Notes: generated from the letters alone by a model not told the origin. Shown: positions 38,298-52,424, counted from the stretch's first letter. The stretch: 64,000 bases of DNA from Eremomyces bilateralis CBS 781.70 (GCA_010015585.1 ML975161.1); one strand, 5' to 3'. Numbers and translations: made by a program.

Positions 38298-39699
38298 TCA
38301 TCTTCGTCGTGATGTCGGGGCGGTGGGTTGACCTTGGCCAGTCCCGCTTTGCTGAGCTTCAAGCAGGTCCAGACACTGTGTGAGCACTGGTCAAGTCATT
38401 AGTCAGGTTTCAATCAGAGGGGAGCCGTCATTTCCACTCACGCTCCACAATGTCCTCTTCCCAAACACCCAGTTGATAGTCCACTAAGCCATGCTTCTCC
38501 ACGGCATCACATAATCTAACCAGTTCTTTCCCCATAGTCTCCATGTAGTCGTGCTCCAGCAAGCTTATCGGGGGCCGTAGTATGTCGGGGTTTCGCGATA
38601 CCTCGATAGTCAGGTCTTTCTGTCTCTGCAGAGTCGCCAGCCAGCACGAATTGAACTCGCTCCAGAGCTTTAGCCGCTCATCGTGGATGGTCTCGTCATC
38701 GCGTACTAGGCCTAAGAGTCAGACGAACACAAGTTAGGACGGATGTGATACTCAATAGACTCAATGACAGACAACATTGCGGGTTCCTGTGGGGAAGGGA
38801 ACGAGTAGAAGGGAGAACGGCTTACCTAGTGATTCTGCATTCCCGAGTAACCAGTCGCTGATTTGCACCAGACTTTGCCCTGCTTCAACCAACCTTCCAT
38901 CTCTTACACATTCAAAGGTCCTTCTCAACTCCGCTTGGTATTGGCCATATGCGTTGTCTAAATCGGGGCCGATGCCTTGCGAACTTTGAGCTCCCGTATA
39001 CCCGACAGCACCGGCTCCGGCTGCCGGGAATCCTGCCTGTTCCGCTGGGTATGACATACTGTCCTGTCGTGAATGTCCCTGGCCCGCTCCATAAAGGTTG
39101 GGGAATGCGGTATTCGCACCGGTCGCGCCAGCAGCGGCTCCTCCTTGTGCGGACGCGGATCCAGTGTCATAATAATTTTGCATGCCGCCGAACTGGTTGC
39201 TGAGGACCTCGATGGCGGCGTTTCTGGGTTGTCCGAAACCCGAAGTTTCACCTGCGTCACCGTACGGCGATGTTGTGTTGCCGCCGGGCGTTCCTGCTAG
39301 ACCGACATTGCCTGCGGCTGCCCCACCGTACATCAAGTTCGATCCTGCCACGCCATATTGTCCGTACCCTTGCTGCTGTGTACTCGAGCGACTTGGGTCT
39401 GCGTAGTCTGCGGCTGCATATGAAAGTCCGGCCGCAGTGCCGGCTTGGAGACCACTGAATTGCGATGCATCGCTGTACGCAATGTTATAGGCCTGCGAAC
39501 CAGATCGTGACGCGGCTATTGACGGGGCACTCGTGGGAGATTGGTTGGAGACTTGATGAGATTGTGGATTCTGGTGTGACCCATGATTCTGGGACGATTG
39601 CCGGAAACGGTCGGCTCCGGCATATTGTCTCGATGAAGCTGCAGAACCGCTGTAAGACTGGGGATGTTGCCTACTGCCTCGCCGGTCACTACTGTCCAT
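38298..39699 (-). CDS. Conserved Pezizomycotina protein with Q/G/Y-rich disordered N-terminus and helical C-terminal domain, regulator-like (3 exons)
   Basis: ATG at 39699. Introns 38825-38712 and 38441-38387. C-terminal domain: AAIEVLSNQFG...YQAELRRTFECVRDGRLVEAGQSLVQISDWLLGNAESLGLVRDD...RLKLWSEFNSCWL...LVRLCDAVEKHGLVDYQLGVWEEDIVELLTQCLDLLE. From memory it resembles Aspergillus proteins annotated RfeF; unverified, so no symbol is given. Confidence 0.75.
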
Positions 39700-42600
39700 C
39701 GAAGGAGGATGGTGTCTGCCGGCGGCACCAACTAACACGCCGCCGCCACCCGCCGTGGCTACTGGTTTTCGATGAGTTTGCGGTTGCGAGGTTGCCGCAG
39801 GCCAGCCAGAGGATTTTAAGGACGATTTGGAGAACGGGGGATCCAAGACGGGTCGCTGCGCCAATGGCGAAAGAGGTGGTGTTGCATATATATCCAGCTT
39901 GAAGGATTTCGACAGACGATCCCTGACAACGGGTGTTTAGGACGGTCTATGTGACCGTGTTATCGATCGTCCAAATACAACCCGCGTAGAATCGTATACA
40001 AGACTCCGCGATCGTAATCTCTAATGTGTTCTGATGCGGGCAACCTCAGTCAGTGAGTGCACTTCAGTTCGGATGAAATTTTGAAGAACGATCGCAGGGA
40101 ACACCTAAAGAAAACAACGTGAGGCAAGATTTGAAACGCTGGCAACGCCGAAAAGAGAACATCCTGTATGGTATCAAGAAAACAACCAAAAGTCATTCGC
40201 GACAAGCAGCGTAAAGTCGCAGGTGTCCATGCTCCGCGGTGAAGGTGGACTTCCATGCAAGTCCAAATCAATACAAAGCAGCAGATAGCTGTCTTAAAGC
40301 ATCATTGGTCGGACTTGGACCCTAACCATCACACAATAAATGCAGAATGAGACTGCGATAGCCAGTGGAGGTGATCAGAAAGGTCGTGGCACGCCTCCTC
40401 TTGGCCACTTAAATCCATAGCCAATAGAGCGAATGACAAGACTGTGCCTGGATCTAGGGGTATCCTCGATGCAGATATGCCTAACAATGCTGGGTGTGGA
40501 CTTGGATCGTATAAAGAACATCGAGACTAAATGAGGAATACAACACATTTGACGTAAAGGAAAAGTTCGCAATAATTATTAAATTTGTTGGACGTACCGT
40601 TTCTAGTAGAAATCAATGGCCTATGCAGTGGATAATTTTCGAGGCCTTCGACAGCAGCGGATAACTTGATGATGACGTCTGCAGTGATGAGAGGGGTGAT
40701 GGCGGCACCGAATCGAAGGAAGGGTGGATTTAAGATCCGATAATCCGATAATTGCCGAGGAGGACCAGAACAGGAAGTTGAAGATTGCTAGAATATAGAC
40801 AAATAGTTTCGGTATTCGAAGAATTGGCGAAATAGGAATCCTCAAGTTGATTCTGTCTCCGTCAGTGATTCGCACATGCATGGATGAATTCACTGCTGCT
40901 GATACCCACGCCATGGTGAAAGGAATTTATCCAACGTACCGTGTAGATTGGCGACGATTTCCAAACTGAAGGCCCCAATGCACGACCTGTTCGGGGAGGT
41001 TCCTTGCTGTATCAACGGCTGGTAGGGATTGGTGCTGATGAAACAGCGGGTGCTGGGAATGCCTTGCTAAACAGCTTCAGCATATGCACGAGTCATCCAC
41101 GCCAGAAAAACACCACAGAATCTGTAGAATGACAATGGCACGCAAGAGAATTCTTCGACCGGTTGCGGATGAGCTGAGAGTCAAATTTCGACCGGAACAA
41201 ATTTTGAAGATAGGACTTGGTCCGTACCAATCAGAGCGCGAGATGGTGGAAGTGGATAGACGACCTGGCCCTCGTATTTTCCGAGCTTTCAATTCAAGAC
41301 ACGAAATGCGACAACCTTGTTGAGATCCAATATCGGGGTGGCTTCTAGAAAGACCAACAATTCTTGGGTTTCGAAGCTTTCCAAATGAACCATGAAAGAG
41401 TGAAAGAGAGAGAGTAAGGAAGGCTGGGGTTTGGAATATGTACCGAATAGGACCGACACCTGAGTGTTGTCTGAGTAGAGATGCCAAATACCTAGAGCCA
41501 GAGGAAATGGGATCGACGTATAATTGATCCGAATGGCGCAAACGGCAGATCTTGTTCGGTTGGGCTAAAATGAAAATGACAAGGGCGGACAAATCCTTGG
41601 ATATGGTAGATCTCCAAAAGCAAATACGTCGCTCGTGCCGTACCTCTTGTCAAAATTGGGATCGTGGCGTGGAGCTGGATACGAGTCCAAAGATTTTCTG
41701 GGGTCCCGGCAAGGAGCGGAGCAGATCTGAAGGTCTCACGGTGCTAATTCAGGAACAATGGGCCGCCGTGGGGTGAATAGTGAGGCTAACCTGCCACATG
41801 AAATCGAGGAACAAGAGTCAAGAAGGTATCCCATGGAGTGAAACTCAGGTGGAGTGAGGGCTCTATCTGTATAAATGCTGGATCGGACGCGAGCGGCTGG
41901 CGTCGAGTTAGTTGTACGCCATACCAGAGTAGTGTTCCAATCTCGAGTCTCTTTCGATCATTTTGAAACGTCCCACAATGAGAACAGAGATCCGGTAGGG
42001 AGCCGAGCGGCGCGCCCTTTCAAGCCACATCTGCAGAATTGAAGAAGAATCCAGCCTTCCCGCAGTCGGCGTGCATCAGAACGGAATCAATCGGCGGTGC
42101 TTGTGACCCGGCTGGAGGCAACAATGATTACAATGGGAGGATTCGTGCCGAAGACAAAGCCTAAGAGGAGATCCGGGCGAGTGGAAAGGGTGCGATTCCC
42201 AAAGGCGATGCCGTGTCAGAGACAGTGGATGTGAGGCGCCAATACGCCATAGATTGGCAGTATCAAATATCAATACTTCGACTTAGCCAATTTAGGTAGC
42301 TATGTCAGGCTTGTGACAGGCCGGCAGCCCAAGAAGTGACACTAGGCGACGCCATGACAGACTTTGACACTCCTCATAATAGCAAGGAAACCATCCGAGA
42401 TTCCGAGTTGACTTGGGGACTCTTGACGGCTTGGACGCCTTGGGGGTTGGACTATCGGAGGGGGGTTTTCGGAGTGAACGAGATGTTAAATTGCATGGGA
42501 GAGTTGCATGCGCAAGTCACAGAGCACTGACAGGTGACAACACAGTAGGAGGATACACATCACCGCTAACAATGGATGAAGCGTCAGTTCCAGATTGAAA

Positions 42601-45600
42601 GTCAGTGCGGTTAAGAACGTGCCACATCAGCCAGATGGGAACTTGGGACCTCTTGGGAATCAGGATGCAAACAGCACAGCCAGAGACATGGAGTCAACTA
42701 GTCCCTGTTGGTGTTGACTGCAGTGCTACGGATCTACAAGAGGGGATGCAGCCCAATGGCTTAGCCAACCCCTCCACATACCCTACCTATTCAGGACTTC
42801 GGGCTTTTCCACCCACCATCACCAGATCTATTATGCGCAAAGCTGCAGGATCCATGATTGAAAACAATCCCGTCTCGACTCATCGATCTTTTGAGCTTCC
42901 TTATCTCCACTGATCGGGGTCTATAAAAATCGACGGAGCTGAATCGGGACTATCAGGATGCAGGCACCCGGTTTCGTGACACTCTGTTCGGAGACTTCCA
43001 GGTCGATAGCGAGACGGCCTGCTTCGGACGAACACGCGTCATCGATGGTTGGAGATGCCAGCCCGCACTAATGGCTGATAATAGCTGAAGCTGGCTCCTC
43101 TGTATTACTCGAAACTTAAACCAGCCTGTCGGGAGTGTGGGAAGTTGTGGAACCGAGATGTGAGGAGGCACGGAATCGACTCCTTTCGCATCAGCCGTCA
43201 ATATTATGATGGCATCAATAAATAAAGCAGCGGAATACGGCTGAGGCGAGCTCAATCGTCGTACATCGTCTTCAAGAGGGAATCCTCTCTGCGCCTTGGA
43301 GATGCAGCCTGCATACTTGTTTTTCCATTATTGTCTCGAGTTCGCGACACAATATCTCAGAGGGACATCTGTCGTGTGTCCTCTAATAGCGATATCGCCG
43401 ATATTATGATTTGCCGATAGATAGCCCGTTTCATCAAATTGACTTTTTCACTCTGGGCAAGCAACCAGGACGAAGATATGAAGTATTTACTGGACCAGCG
43501 TCATTCGTCCATCTGCTTGGACAAATCGAGCCGCTATGTTGGGCCTTGCATTCGAATAGAGTGCGTCATGAATGGGCCGTTGAGCATCCAGGAGATATCA
43601 ATTTCGTTTCTCTGTCAGTCTCCAAAGCAGTCCAGTGCATTGATCCTTCGAACGCAATCCGCAGTTGTGAACCGCTGAATCCAGATAAATTCCGGTGTTC
43701 CGAAATTACGCGTTGAACATGTCGACGTAAGATTTAAGAGAACAGATCGACAATCGTAGCCTCATGAGGCGCATCTAGCAGCCGATCGCTCGCCCGCTTT
43801 TCCAGGCCAAGATTCCGGCACTCTGTTTCGCCTATCGACAGCAAATGGACTCCCCGCTGCTCCATCATCCTACAACGAACGACGCAGCTCGACGGACCTA
43901 GACCAGGGCGCGACAAGGACTCTCATGCTTCGTTTCACGTGGCTTCCCGAGGTCGATGCGTCTCTCCGAAGAGACGGTTCGCTCCCAGGACAGGGCATTC
44001 TGTAACACGCATGGATCTTTTACGTGAGATATGAATGGTGTGTGCAGCAGACCGCTCCCTGGGTCCCTTGAAATCGAAAAGCTTAATAACTTCTTCAGAT
44101 TCCACGGAACTTCCGCATTGGGAAAACGGAGCGTCGCCCTCTCATTTCCTTGTCATGAATGACACGAATGGCATTTCCGTCGGAAGTCCACTTCGTTCCA
44201 TCGGAGTGGCTGGAATTGAAACCCTGGTAAACTTGTGACAACAGCGTGCAATACCAAGGGTTCGGGTTAGACTCGAGAATCACAGGCTCACAATCATGCA
44301 GTTGACAGCTCAATTGCCGACTTCGTCCGGATGATGTACTCCGTAAGGTACTGGGTAAGGTAGTTCGGGCCATCACGAGCAAAAGGCATAAACAGTCGAC
44401 GGTCCGCAAAACTAAAATCGATGCAACATTCTAAGACGGTTGCGTCAGGTGAAGCCGACATGACCAAAACCTAACCTTCCCTTCGTTAGTTCGGCATATC
44501 GCGAATTATGAAAGGTCGATAAGACGCGACTGTATGTAAGGTACCCGAGATTGTTGAGCGGACTAGGTCCAATCGGCCATAGTGCGATGCACACTAACCC
44601 ATCGTGTCGACGCAACTTCATTCCTGGGCAAGTCAGCCTAAAATTTGTTGAGAAAGAGGAGATAGACATCTTCAGTTCATTGGCGAGAGAATCTCGAATA
44701 CCATTCGTGGGGAGTGATGCCATATTGCATGTGCACTGCAGTTCATTTGGGTTCTTTCGAGTGCGCCACTCTGATCAAGACCACTTCGCCACCGCGTTTC
44801 CTAAACTCTTGTCTTCCATATTTTTCCAGATATTGAATTAATTCGGTACATATGCTGACCGCCATATGGAACTCAGGATTACATAACCTGTTGTTGTGAA
44901 ATTTAATCCTCACCACGAGTGCACGACGCCACGAGCCCACGACCATTGCGTTACCGGACGGGCCACCCTGCGTGAAATTAAAGGACAAGGTCCAGTCCAT
45001 CCGTCTTGCCTTCGTCATCCGCCAACACGCTTCTACGAATCCCCGGATTCCTTCGAGAAGTTTCATGTCTTTCTCGAAGCTAGTCTGCCCACTGCGATCT
45101 TCAGCCTTAACCGCCGCTCAATCTCCCCCTGGCGTCCTCGAGTATTCTAGAAGGGATTCGGAAGCGTGGTGGGGCTGGCATCTCGAAACTTTTCGACGCG
45201 CTGCGAAATTGCTCATCGTTTTCGAGGTCGGCCGCTAAGCCTTCAGAGTTCAGGCGTTTTAATCCCAATCCCGTAGCTATTGCGACAAGACCGGACCTCA
45301 CGCTCCCTAAACCAGGCCTCGAAAGACGCAGATCTCGCTCGAAATAGTGAGCTGGCGGTCACCAAACCAAAAGGAGCCGAACTCCCAAGGGAGAATTACC
45401 ATCAAAGCGTCGCGACGTTGAAACGCCGACCATCCGAGATGGTAAAGTTTGTGCACGAACTGAATCCTACTACGTTCGGAGCTTGTGCCGCCGCTCCTCA
45501 CATGTTGATTCTAATGGTGGATCGTGCCGCTGGACTTCGCGACATCGCGATGGAGTTTTGATGTCAGAACTGCCGGCATTCTGACGAGCAAGTCTCATGG

Positions 45601-47168
45601 GAGGCAGTCAATCAAGCCTCTAGGTGGGATTCATTTCTGCACATATGTACCACTCAGGGGGTTCTCCACGGTTGACCATTGAGGATAATATTACGTCTTT
45701 TTGCTGGGGAACTCAACCCATACGGGGGAGGACTTGCGATTTACTGACTGTACTAGCAACTCGTATTGAGACAATGACTCGCTTCGACGCCATCGAATAC
45801 GAGTAGATATTGATGCTGTAAACATGAACATTCAGCGCCGATAGTGGCAGGATTAGATATCCCTCCATCCGTACACCATGACCTAGATGGTATGAAGGGT
45901 GTCCTGGCCGGTAATCTTCGCAATGACGTTGTCGTTGACCACGCGGTGTGTCTTGGTAGCAAGCATGCCTGCTGTTTAATATCATGAAGTGTACGTACCG
46001 GACGGAAAATTGTTTCTCGGCCAGTTACAAACAACGAATGCCCAGAACGGAATGTATGGATATTGAGATACGGTGTTCAGTTGATTAACGCTTGCATTAC
46101 CCGTTCATGTTTCAGTTCCGGGCTCTTTTGATTGCTCGCAATTCCTTCTGCTTGTCCATGCCCGCTTTGCCGGTGGTTCGACATGTCCCGATATACGGAT
46201 ACGGAATATAAGAATTGCCATACGATCCGGCCGAGCGGATGCACATTGCTTCGTTGTGACAGCACTTTATGACTCGCATAAGCGATAATGTGATATTGAC
46301 CCCCAATTTCCAAATAATTTTTGTCGTCCAATGCTTTTATCCTACGATGATACGTAATCAAGAAGTGCATTAGTGAAATATACTTGATCGTAGTACCGTA
46401 GATCTGTTGTATGACCAGAAAGTCTAAGTTATTGCCTATCAAATCGGCAGTTATTAAGTGCTTGGATCGGACGCTGGTTGGCATATATGACGGAAAGGCC
46501 GGAGACTTGTGGAAAGATACGACCGGAAATACAAGTGAACAATGGAAGCCTGGATCTTCCGCCTCCTGGTTCCGGTTTCCAAGATATCGGGATCTTCGGA
46601 AATGTGGTCATCCTGTCCATGGCAATGTCAAGGTGGGTTGCGTGCTTCAACAGAAACGCAACGTGGAAGATGTTGGGACCATCCTCGTGGATGATGCAAG
46701 GCTCGGAACTTCCGACTTGGTGACGGGACTTCATATATATTAGACAAGCTAGGAAACCCTCGTAGAGTGACCATCAGCGAATATCATCGGTGCTGTGGTG
46801 GATCGTGAAAGGAAACGTTTGAGAATGGTGATAGAGGCCCACATTGGCGGGAAAATATATGACGTTGATTAAACTGTTGAGCCAATCAGATGCCATGAAA
46901 TATCAATATATATTGATATTAACAAGAAGCTTCCAAGGCTCGTTCTAGTTCCCCCGTACTCAAACGGAGTCTGCATCAGTAGATCCGGAATTATTCAGAC
47001 ACAGCGACGCTTCGGCTCACGGCGAAACCGTGCGAAGATATGTTGGATTCCGTGGTAGTTTACTTAATCGACGCGTCGAGGCTGGCAAGCAGATATGTTG
47101 ATGCAGAACACGCAGAACTGGTAAACAAGTAGCGGAAGGGAGATTGAATCCGCATTCGGGGTATCTGA

Positions 47169-48269
47169 TTATCGCTTGACCCAGGCGGGCATTTTCCGAG
47201 CCTTCAGTTTACCAGGCTTCTTCCTTTCCACTTTGCGTGCATCGCGTGTTATAACACCGGCTGAGAAGAGACCAGTTAGCTTCTGAGGGGGTTTGAGAGA
47301 TGACTAGCGTGCCGAATGCGCTGGGAGAGCAACAGACCCGGAAGAAATGCCCTCAAGCAATCTTCCTGATGCAAGACAATATCCTCATCGAAATCAAAAC
47401 TGTCACTTACCTCTTCTTAACGCAGGCTTTAAACCCGGCTCGTGTATCAACAGTGCCTTCGCAACCGCCAACGTCAATGCCTCTGCCTGTCCCGTCGTCC
47501 CTCCGCCTTTGACGAGTGCCCAGATATTGTACCGGTCGAGTCTTTCCGTCGCCTTGAGCGCGAACACCGCGCTTTCTCGATCATGTATGCGCCCGAACAT
47601 CTCTGACAATGATTTTCCATTGACGATGACTTCGCCCTCACCTTCCACAACCCACGCTCTTGCTGATGCGGTCTTCCTCCTGCCAACGCCCAGTCCTCGT
47701 CCCCAGGAGTCCAGGGCGTGCGGGTTGGGGACATTGTCGAAGGGCGATACTTTCCGCTTGTATGTCTCGATCACCTCGCGCACCTCGGATGGCATCAGGG
47801 ATGGATTGATATGGTTCAGCCGGTTGAGGATGGAGAGGATCTTGGTGTACCCTGCCGATTTGACGGGTTCTGAAACGCCTTCCTTGTACTCGGTCAACGT
47901 TCTCCATGCGGTTCGCGGCGCTTGTCCAGGTGGTACGGTGGGAAGCAGCTCGTTTCTGCGGAGAAGGTCTTGGAGGGAGAGGAGGTGGTCGGTGAAGTTG
48001 GGTCGTCCGGTGAAGTAGGAGGGAGAAGCGGGCACGATCCTCACTCGAGCCTCTCTGGGAAGGGTATAACCACCTTCCTCATTGCGATAGGGGACAAGAG
48101 GAGTCCCAATGGAGGTTTGAAGCTCGGAAGTTGATGTCGACACTGATCGAACGGTTTCACCGAAAGGGAGGGTGGTACTTCCATTCCTATGTAAGTGAAC
48201 CGCCCGGGATTTAGGCAATGCAGCGCAAAAAGGCCTTTTTAATCGAACGGGTAAACGCAAAGCATCCAT
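47169..48269 (-). CDS. MRPS9: Mitochondrial small-subunit ribosomal protein S9 (uS9m), 2 exons
   Basis: Arg-rich presequence, [12 protein letters not shown], and uS9 motifs [25 protein letters not shown] and [13 protein letters not shown]. Intron 47410-47261 leads to [30 protein letters not shown]. Confidence 0.95.
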
Positions 48270-48602
48270 ATTAGAATGCAACGGATGTTGATGTAGTTGT
48301 GCAGCAGGAATATGTCCAGATGAGAGGCCAGTTTAGAGAGCACTGCAGTTCGGAGAGCAGTTTGGACATGGAGCAACCAAAGTTGATGCCTGAGCAGAAG
48401 AAATTGAGGAAGAAATTGCAGGGATCACGTGCGGGCCGACCATTTTTCCCACCGAAATTTCTCATGACTCAATTCCTCTCAATTATCTCTGCACACAACT
48501 TCCTTTGCTTCATCGCTTCATTCTCTCCTTCACTCTCTCCTCCCTTTTCTCTCTCCCTCCCTCTACACCACTTTAAATCCAGAGACGTAAGCTTTATCCA
48601 TC
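48270..48602. promoter_or_regulatory. Short (333 bp) divergent promoter region shared by MRPS9 and eEF1B-gamma
   Basis: Head-to-head start codons at 48269 and 48603. TCACGTG E-box at 48425-48431, GAAATTTC at 48454-48461, and a CT-rich tract at about 48500-48565. Confidence 0.6.
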
Positions 48603-50122
48603 ATGTCTTTCGGAAAACTCTACACCAAGGCCGACGTAAGTCCAACTTTGTCGTCTTTTTTCCGCCTATCAATTTTCTTCTGACACGCCACCTTGCAGGG
48701 CAACGTCCGTTCAACGGCCATCCGTGCCGTCGCGAAGCTCAACAACCTCGATCTCGAGATTGTTGACATCGTTCCCGGCCCAGATGCTTCTGCCGATTAC
48801 TTGAAGCTCAACAGGCTTGGCAAGATCCCGACCTTCGTTGGATCGGACGGCTACATTCTGTCGGAGTGCATCGCCATCGCCATCTATAGTACGTCCTACA
48901 AATTTCCTTCGCACACTGGCAACATGATGATCTAGTTATCCCTGTCTGAAAAGTAACTTTTTCAAACCCTGTTGAAACCCATTCACACTCTGAACGCCAA
49001 GCACATCTCTCACCCATTTTTCGCCTGTTTGATGAGGATTGCTCTAACACCTGCTAGTCACCTCCCAAAACGAGAAGACCACTCTCCTCGGAAAGACCAA
49101 GCAGGACTATGCCTCCATCTTGCGATGGATGTCCTTCGCCAACGGCGAGGTCCTCCCACAGCTCGGCAACTGGTGGCTCCCCATCATCGGCCGTGCGCCG
49201 TTCAACAAGAAAGTCGTCGACGAGGCCCAGGCCGCTACGCTGAAGCGGATGCAGGTCCTCGACAGCCATCTCCTCATCAACACCTACCTCGTCGGCGACC
49301 GCCTCACCCTGGCCGACCTCTTCGTCACCGGCTGCCTCCTCCGCGGCTTCCAGAACTTCTTCGACAAGAAGTTCCGGGAGCAGCACCCCAACCTGACCCG
49401 CTGGTATGAGACCGTCTACAACCAGCCCGCGTTCTCCGAGGTGTCCCCCGAGTTCGTGTTCATCGAGACCGCGCTGCCCAACCAGCCACCGAAGAAGGAG
49501 CCCGCTCCGGCCAAGGAGAAGAAGGAGCAACCGAAGAAGGCCGCTCCAAAGCAGGTTGAGGAGGAGGACGCCCCTCCTGCACCGAAGCCCAAGCATCCCA
49601 TCGAAGAGCTAGGCCGAGCAACCTTCGCTCTCGATGACTGGAAGCGGAAATACTCGAACGAGGAGACTCGTGAGGTTGCCCTTCCGTGGTTCTGGGAGAA
49701 CATGAAGTTCGACGAGTACTCCATCTGGAGAGTTGACTACAAGTACAACGATGAGCTGACCATGACCTTCATGTCAAACAACCTCGTCGGTAGGTTGTCC
49801 GCATCAATGTAGTCTTCCCAAGCTAACCGTCCCAGGTGGTTTCTTCAACCGTCTCGAGGCTTCCCGCAAGTACCTCTTCGGCGCCGCCTCCGTCTACGGC
49901 GAGACCAACAACTCCATCATCCGCGGCGCCTTCGTCGTCCGCGGCCAAGAGGCCCTCCCGGCCTTCGACGTCGCTCCGGATTACGAGAGCTACGAGTTCA
50001 CCAAGCTCGACCCCTCCAAGCCGGAGGATCGGGAGTTCGTCGACGACATGTGGGCGTGGGACAAGCCGATTGAGGCGAACGGCCAGACGTACGCGCACTC
50101 GGACGGCAAGGTCTTCAAGTAG
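48603..50122 (+). CDS. TEF4: Translation elongation factor 1B gamma (GST-like N-terminal domain + EF1G C-terminal domain), 4 exons
   Basis: MSFGKLYT..., LGKIPTFVGSDGYILSECIAIAIY, TYLVGDRLTLADL, LDDWKRKYSNEETREVALPWFWE, YKYNDELTMTFMSNNLVGGFFNRLEASRK and DGKVFK*. Introns 48636-48698, 48889-49057 and 49790-49835. Confidence 0.96.
48917..48999 (+). ncRNA. snR38: Intronic box C/D snoRNA, snR38 homologue (LSU rRNA 2'-O-methylation guide)
   Basis: Lies in intron 2 of eEF1B-gamma. Box C ATGATGA 48924-48930; guide AGTTATCCCTGT 48934-48945 (complement of the conserved LSU rRNA sequence ACAGGGAUAACU); D' CTGA 48946-48949; C' TGTTGA 48970-48975; D CTGA 48990-48993; terminal stem TGGC/GCCA. Yeast snR38 is hosted in the TEF4 intron. 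Confidence 0.9.
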
Positions 50123-52424
50123 ATATGGATACGATGATCGGAAGATGGAAATGATTATGAGGGTTCGTCAATCGTTTTGCTCGTGCAGTACAATACCGTA
50201 TCCAATTGTTTCCTTTGTAACGAGGGACGACGTATGGTTGATCACGCTTGTAATGGGGATACGTACATAGTCCGTCCGGGTGGAAGACCGATTCCCCTCT
50301 AGCCTAAGCTGGATGGTTGGTATTCGATCTCCGCACCGGATGGTACTTATTCTGAGGTGTCTGAAAGTGGATAGACTCAGATAGCAATGCAGATGCAGAT
50401 GCAAAATCCACGACTTCACGCATGCACCCTTAAGATCCATTATTCCATTATTTCCCATCCGAGTTTTAGAAGAGATGTGTGCGTCGTTTTAGTTAGGTCC
50501 ACTCACTCGCGTGATCGACACCAGTACCCGTATCTTCACCCTAACGAACCTCACCCATCCCACTAGAGATTCCAGCATCCCATCCACATGATATCCTAGC
50601 ACCATCGTGATCCTCCCACGCAGTCTCTCCTCGTCCCACCCAACTCCAATCCAAGCCTCTCCTATCCAGCAATCCACTCCCAAAATCCCCAACCGCCAGC
50701 AAAATACGATTACTCCCGCTGATCGTCTCCCCTGGAATTCGGATCATCTGCTCTCCGATGGCTCTCGATCTAGGAAGACATGTCACCGCTTGACGATGAT
50801 GGCGATGGCAGAAGAAATAAGGGTAGATGGCGATGACTCTGGTTCCTGTTGTTGTCGTCGAAACATAGGTGGCGTGGATGTATACCTGGGGAGGTCGGTC
50901 TGAAACTTATATGCGTCTGCGTTGTGGTGGATGACAGTAAGAAACCAAACCACGTCCTAAAGAGGGCTGTTGGCAGAAGATCCTGGGAACTACTTAGGTA
51001 CATTTGGTCCTGGCCATATGGAGCGCTGTGGAATGCTATCGAGACCTAATTGTAGCGCCATCAGAACATCTCGGCGGTGTTGCTGAGGGTAGGTTAGAGG
51101 TGTTTCAGGGGTTGAAGGAAGGGGGCAGAACGATCTGGGGAGGATACATCGTGTGACTGTTTGTCTGACCTTCGTTAGACAGCTAGAACAGCTTCCAATG
51201 GATTAAGAAGATCGGTCGAAAGTAAGGGTGCATTAAAGAGCTTAGAATTTACAGGTAACTATGGACAGTTCTAGATATACAGTAGCAAGATATCTACCAG
51301 GAATGCCTTCAGGCATATCCGCACAATATACGAGCAGGTACATGCAGTCATACAGTTCAAAAGAGCCCTTCTTCTCATCTAGGCTCCATCATACCAGCAA
51401 CTATACCATTTTCGAACATCGAACATCGAACCTCGCAAAATGTCGACCCATGAAAACTCTCGTCCAGCAAAACGAGAAACCTCCCGCCCGCTCCTTTCCC
51501 TCTCCCACCGTACCCTCCCCTCCAACTACGATGTGATATGGTATCCAATCATCTCCCATCCGCAGCCCCAGCCAACCGCCGCCTCTATCCCTCAGTCCAT
51601 TTCCTCCATCCCTGATGAACGGTAGGAAAGGGAACTGCGCCGGCAGACCTAGGTGGGGTGGGGAACTGATTCGTGGACGAGTGTTTGAGATAGGGGAGGA
51701 GGTTAAGGGATGAGGAGGGGGGATGATATGAGGGGATGGGATGACTGGTTGCTGGGGGTGTTGATGGAGAAGAAGCGGGGGGGAGTATCGTAGGGTTGAG
51801 ATGATGGTGTTTGAAGCGGACGGGGCGAGGCGAAGTTGTGCTGTGCGTGGTGGGTTTGGATGGTTGTCGATGGGGATTTACGAGGACGTACGAGAAGGAA
51901 GAATGGCGTCGATGTTCCGTTCACTCTGGTGCGGTAGATTGGTATAACGCAGGTTGGCGTTGGGTGAAGGGCGTAAGAGCGCAGTGTCATCGCCGTCAAC
52001 ACGGGATGGGGATGGCGTTTCTTCGAACCTCACATCACGATAGACACATGAATCAGATCAACAATGGAGACACCCATTAAAATAACGAGAATTCTATTTC
52101 CTAAGAAAAGTCTCTTCTATTCCGGATCTATCCACCCGAACGCACCCATCATGCATTCTCTCTCGAATCCATCTCCCTCATCGCATACGAAGCGAAGCGA
52201 GCAAACAAGACGCAAGATGATGGTAGGGAAGGCTACTCATCAAAAAACCCGGAAAACGAAAAGGAAAAACGAAGAAAATAACCCAAAGTTCATTTTTCGT
52301 GGGCGAGCCATCAATCAATGTATGCGTCAAGGGAGAACTTTTTGCGCCAGTTGGGGTTGGGGTGTCGAGGGGTTTATGGGGATCCAAATCGACTTTTTGG
52401 GGGCGACATAGATGGAGGGGAGGT

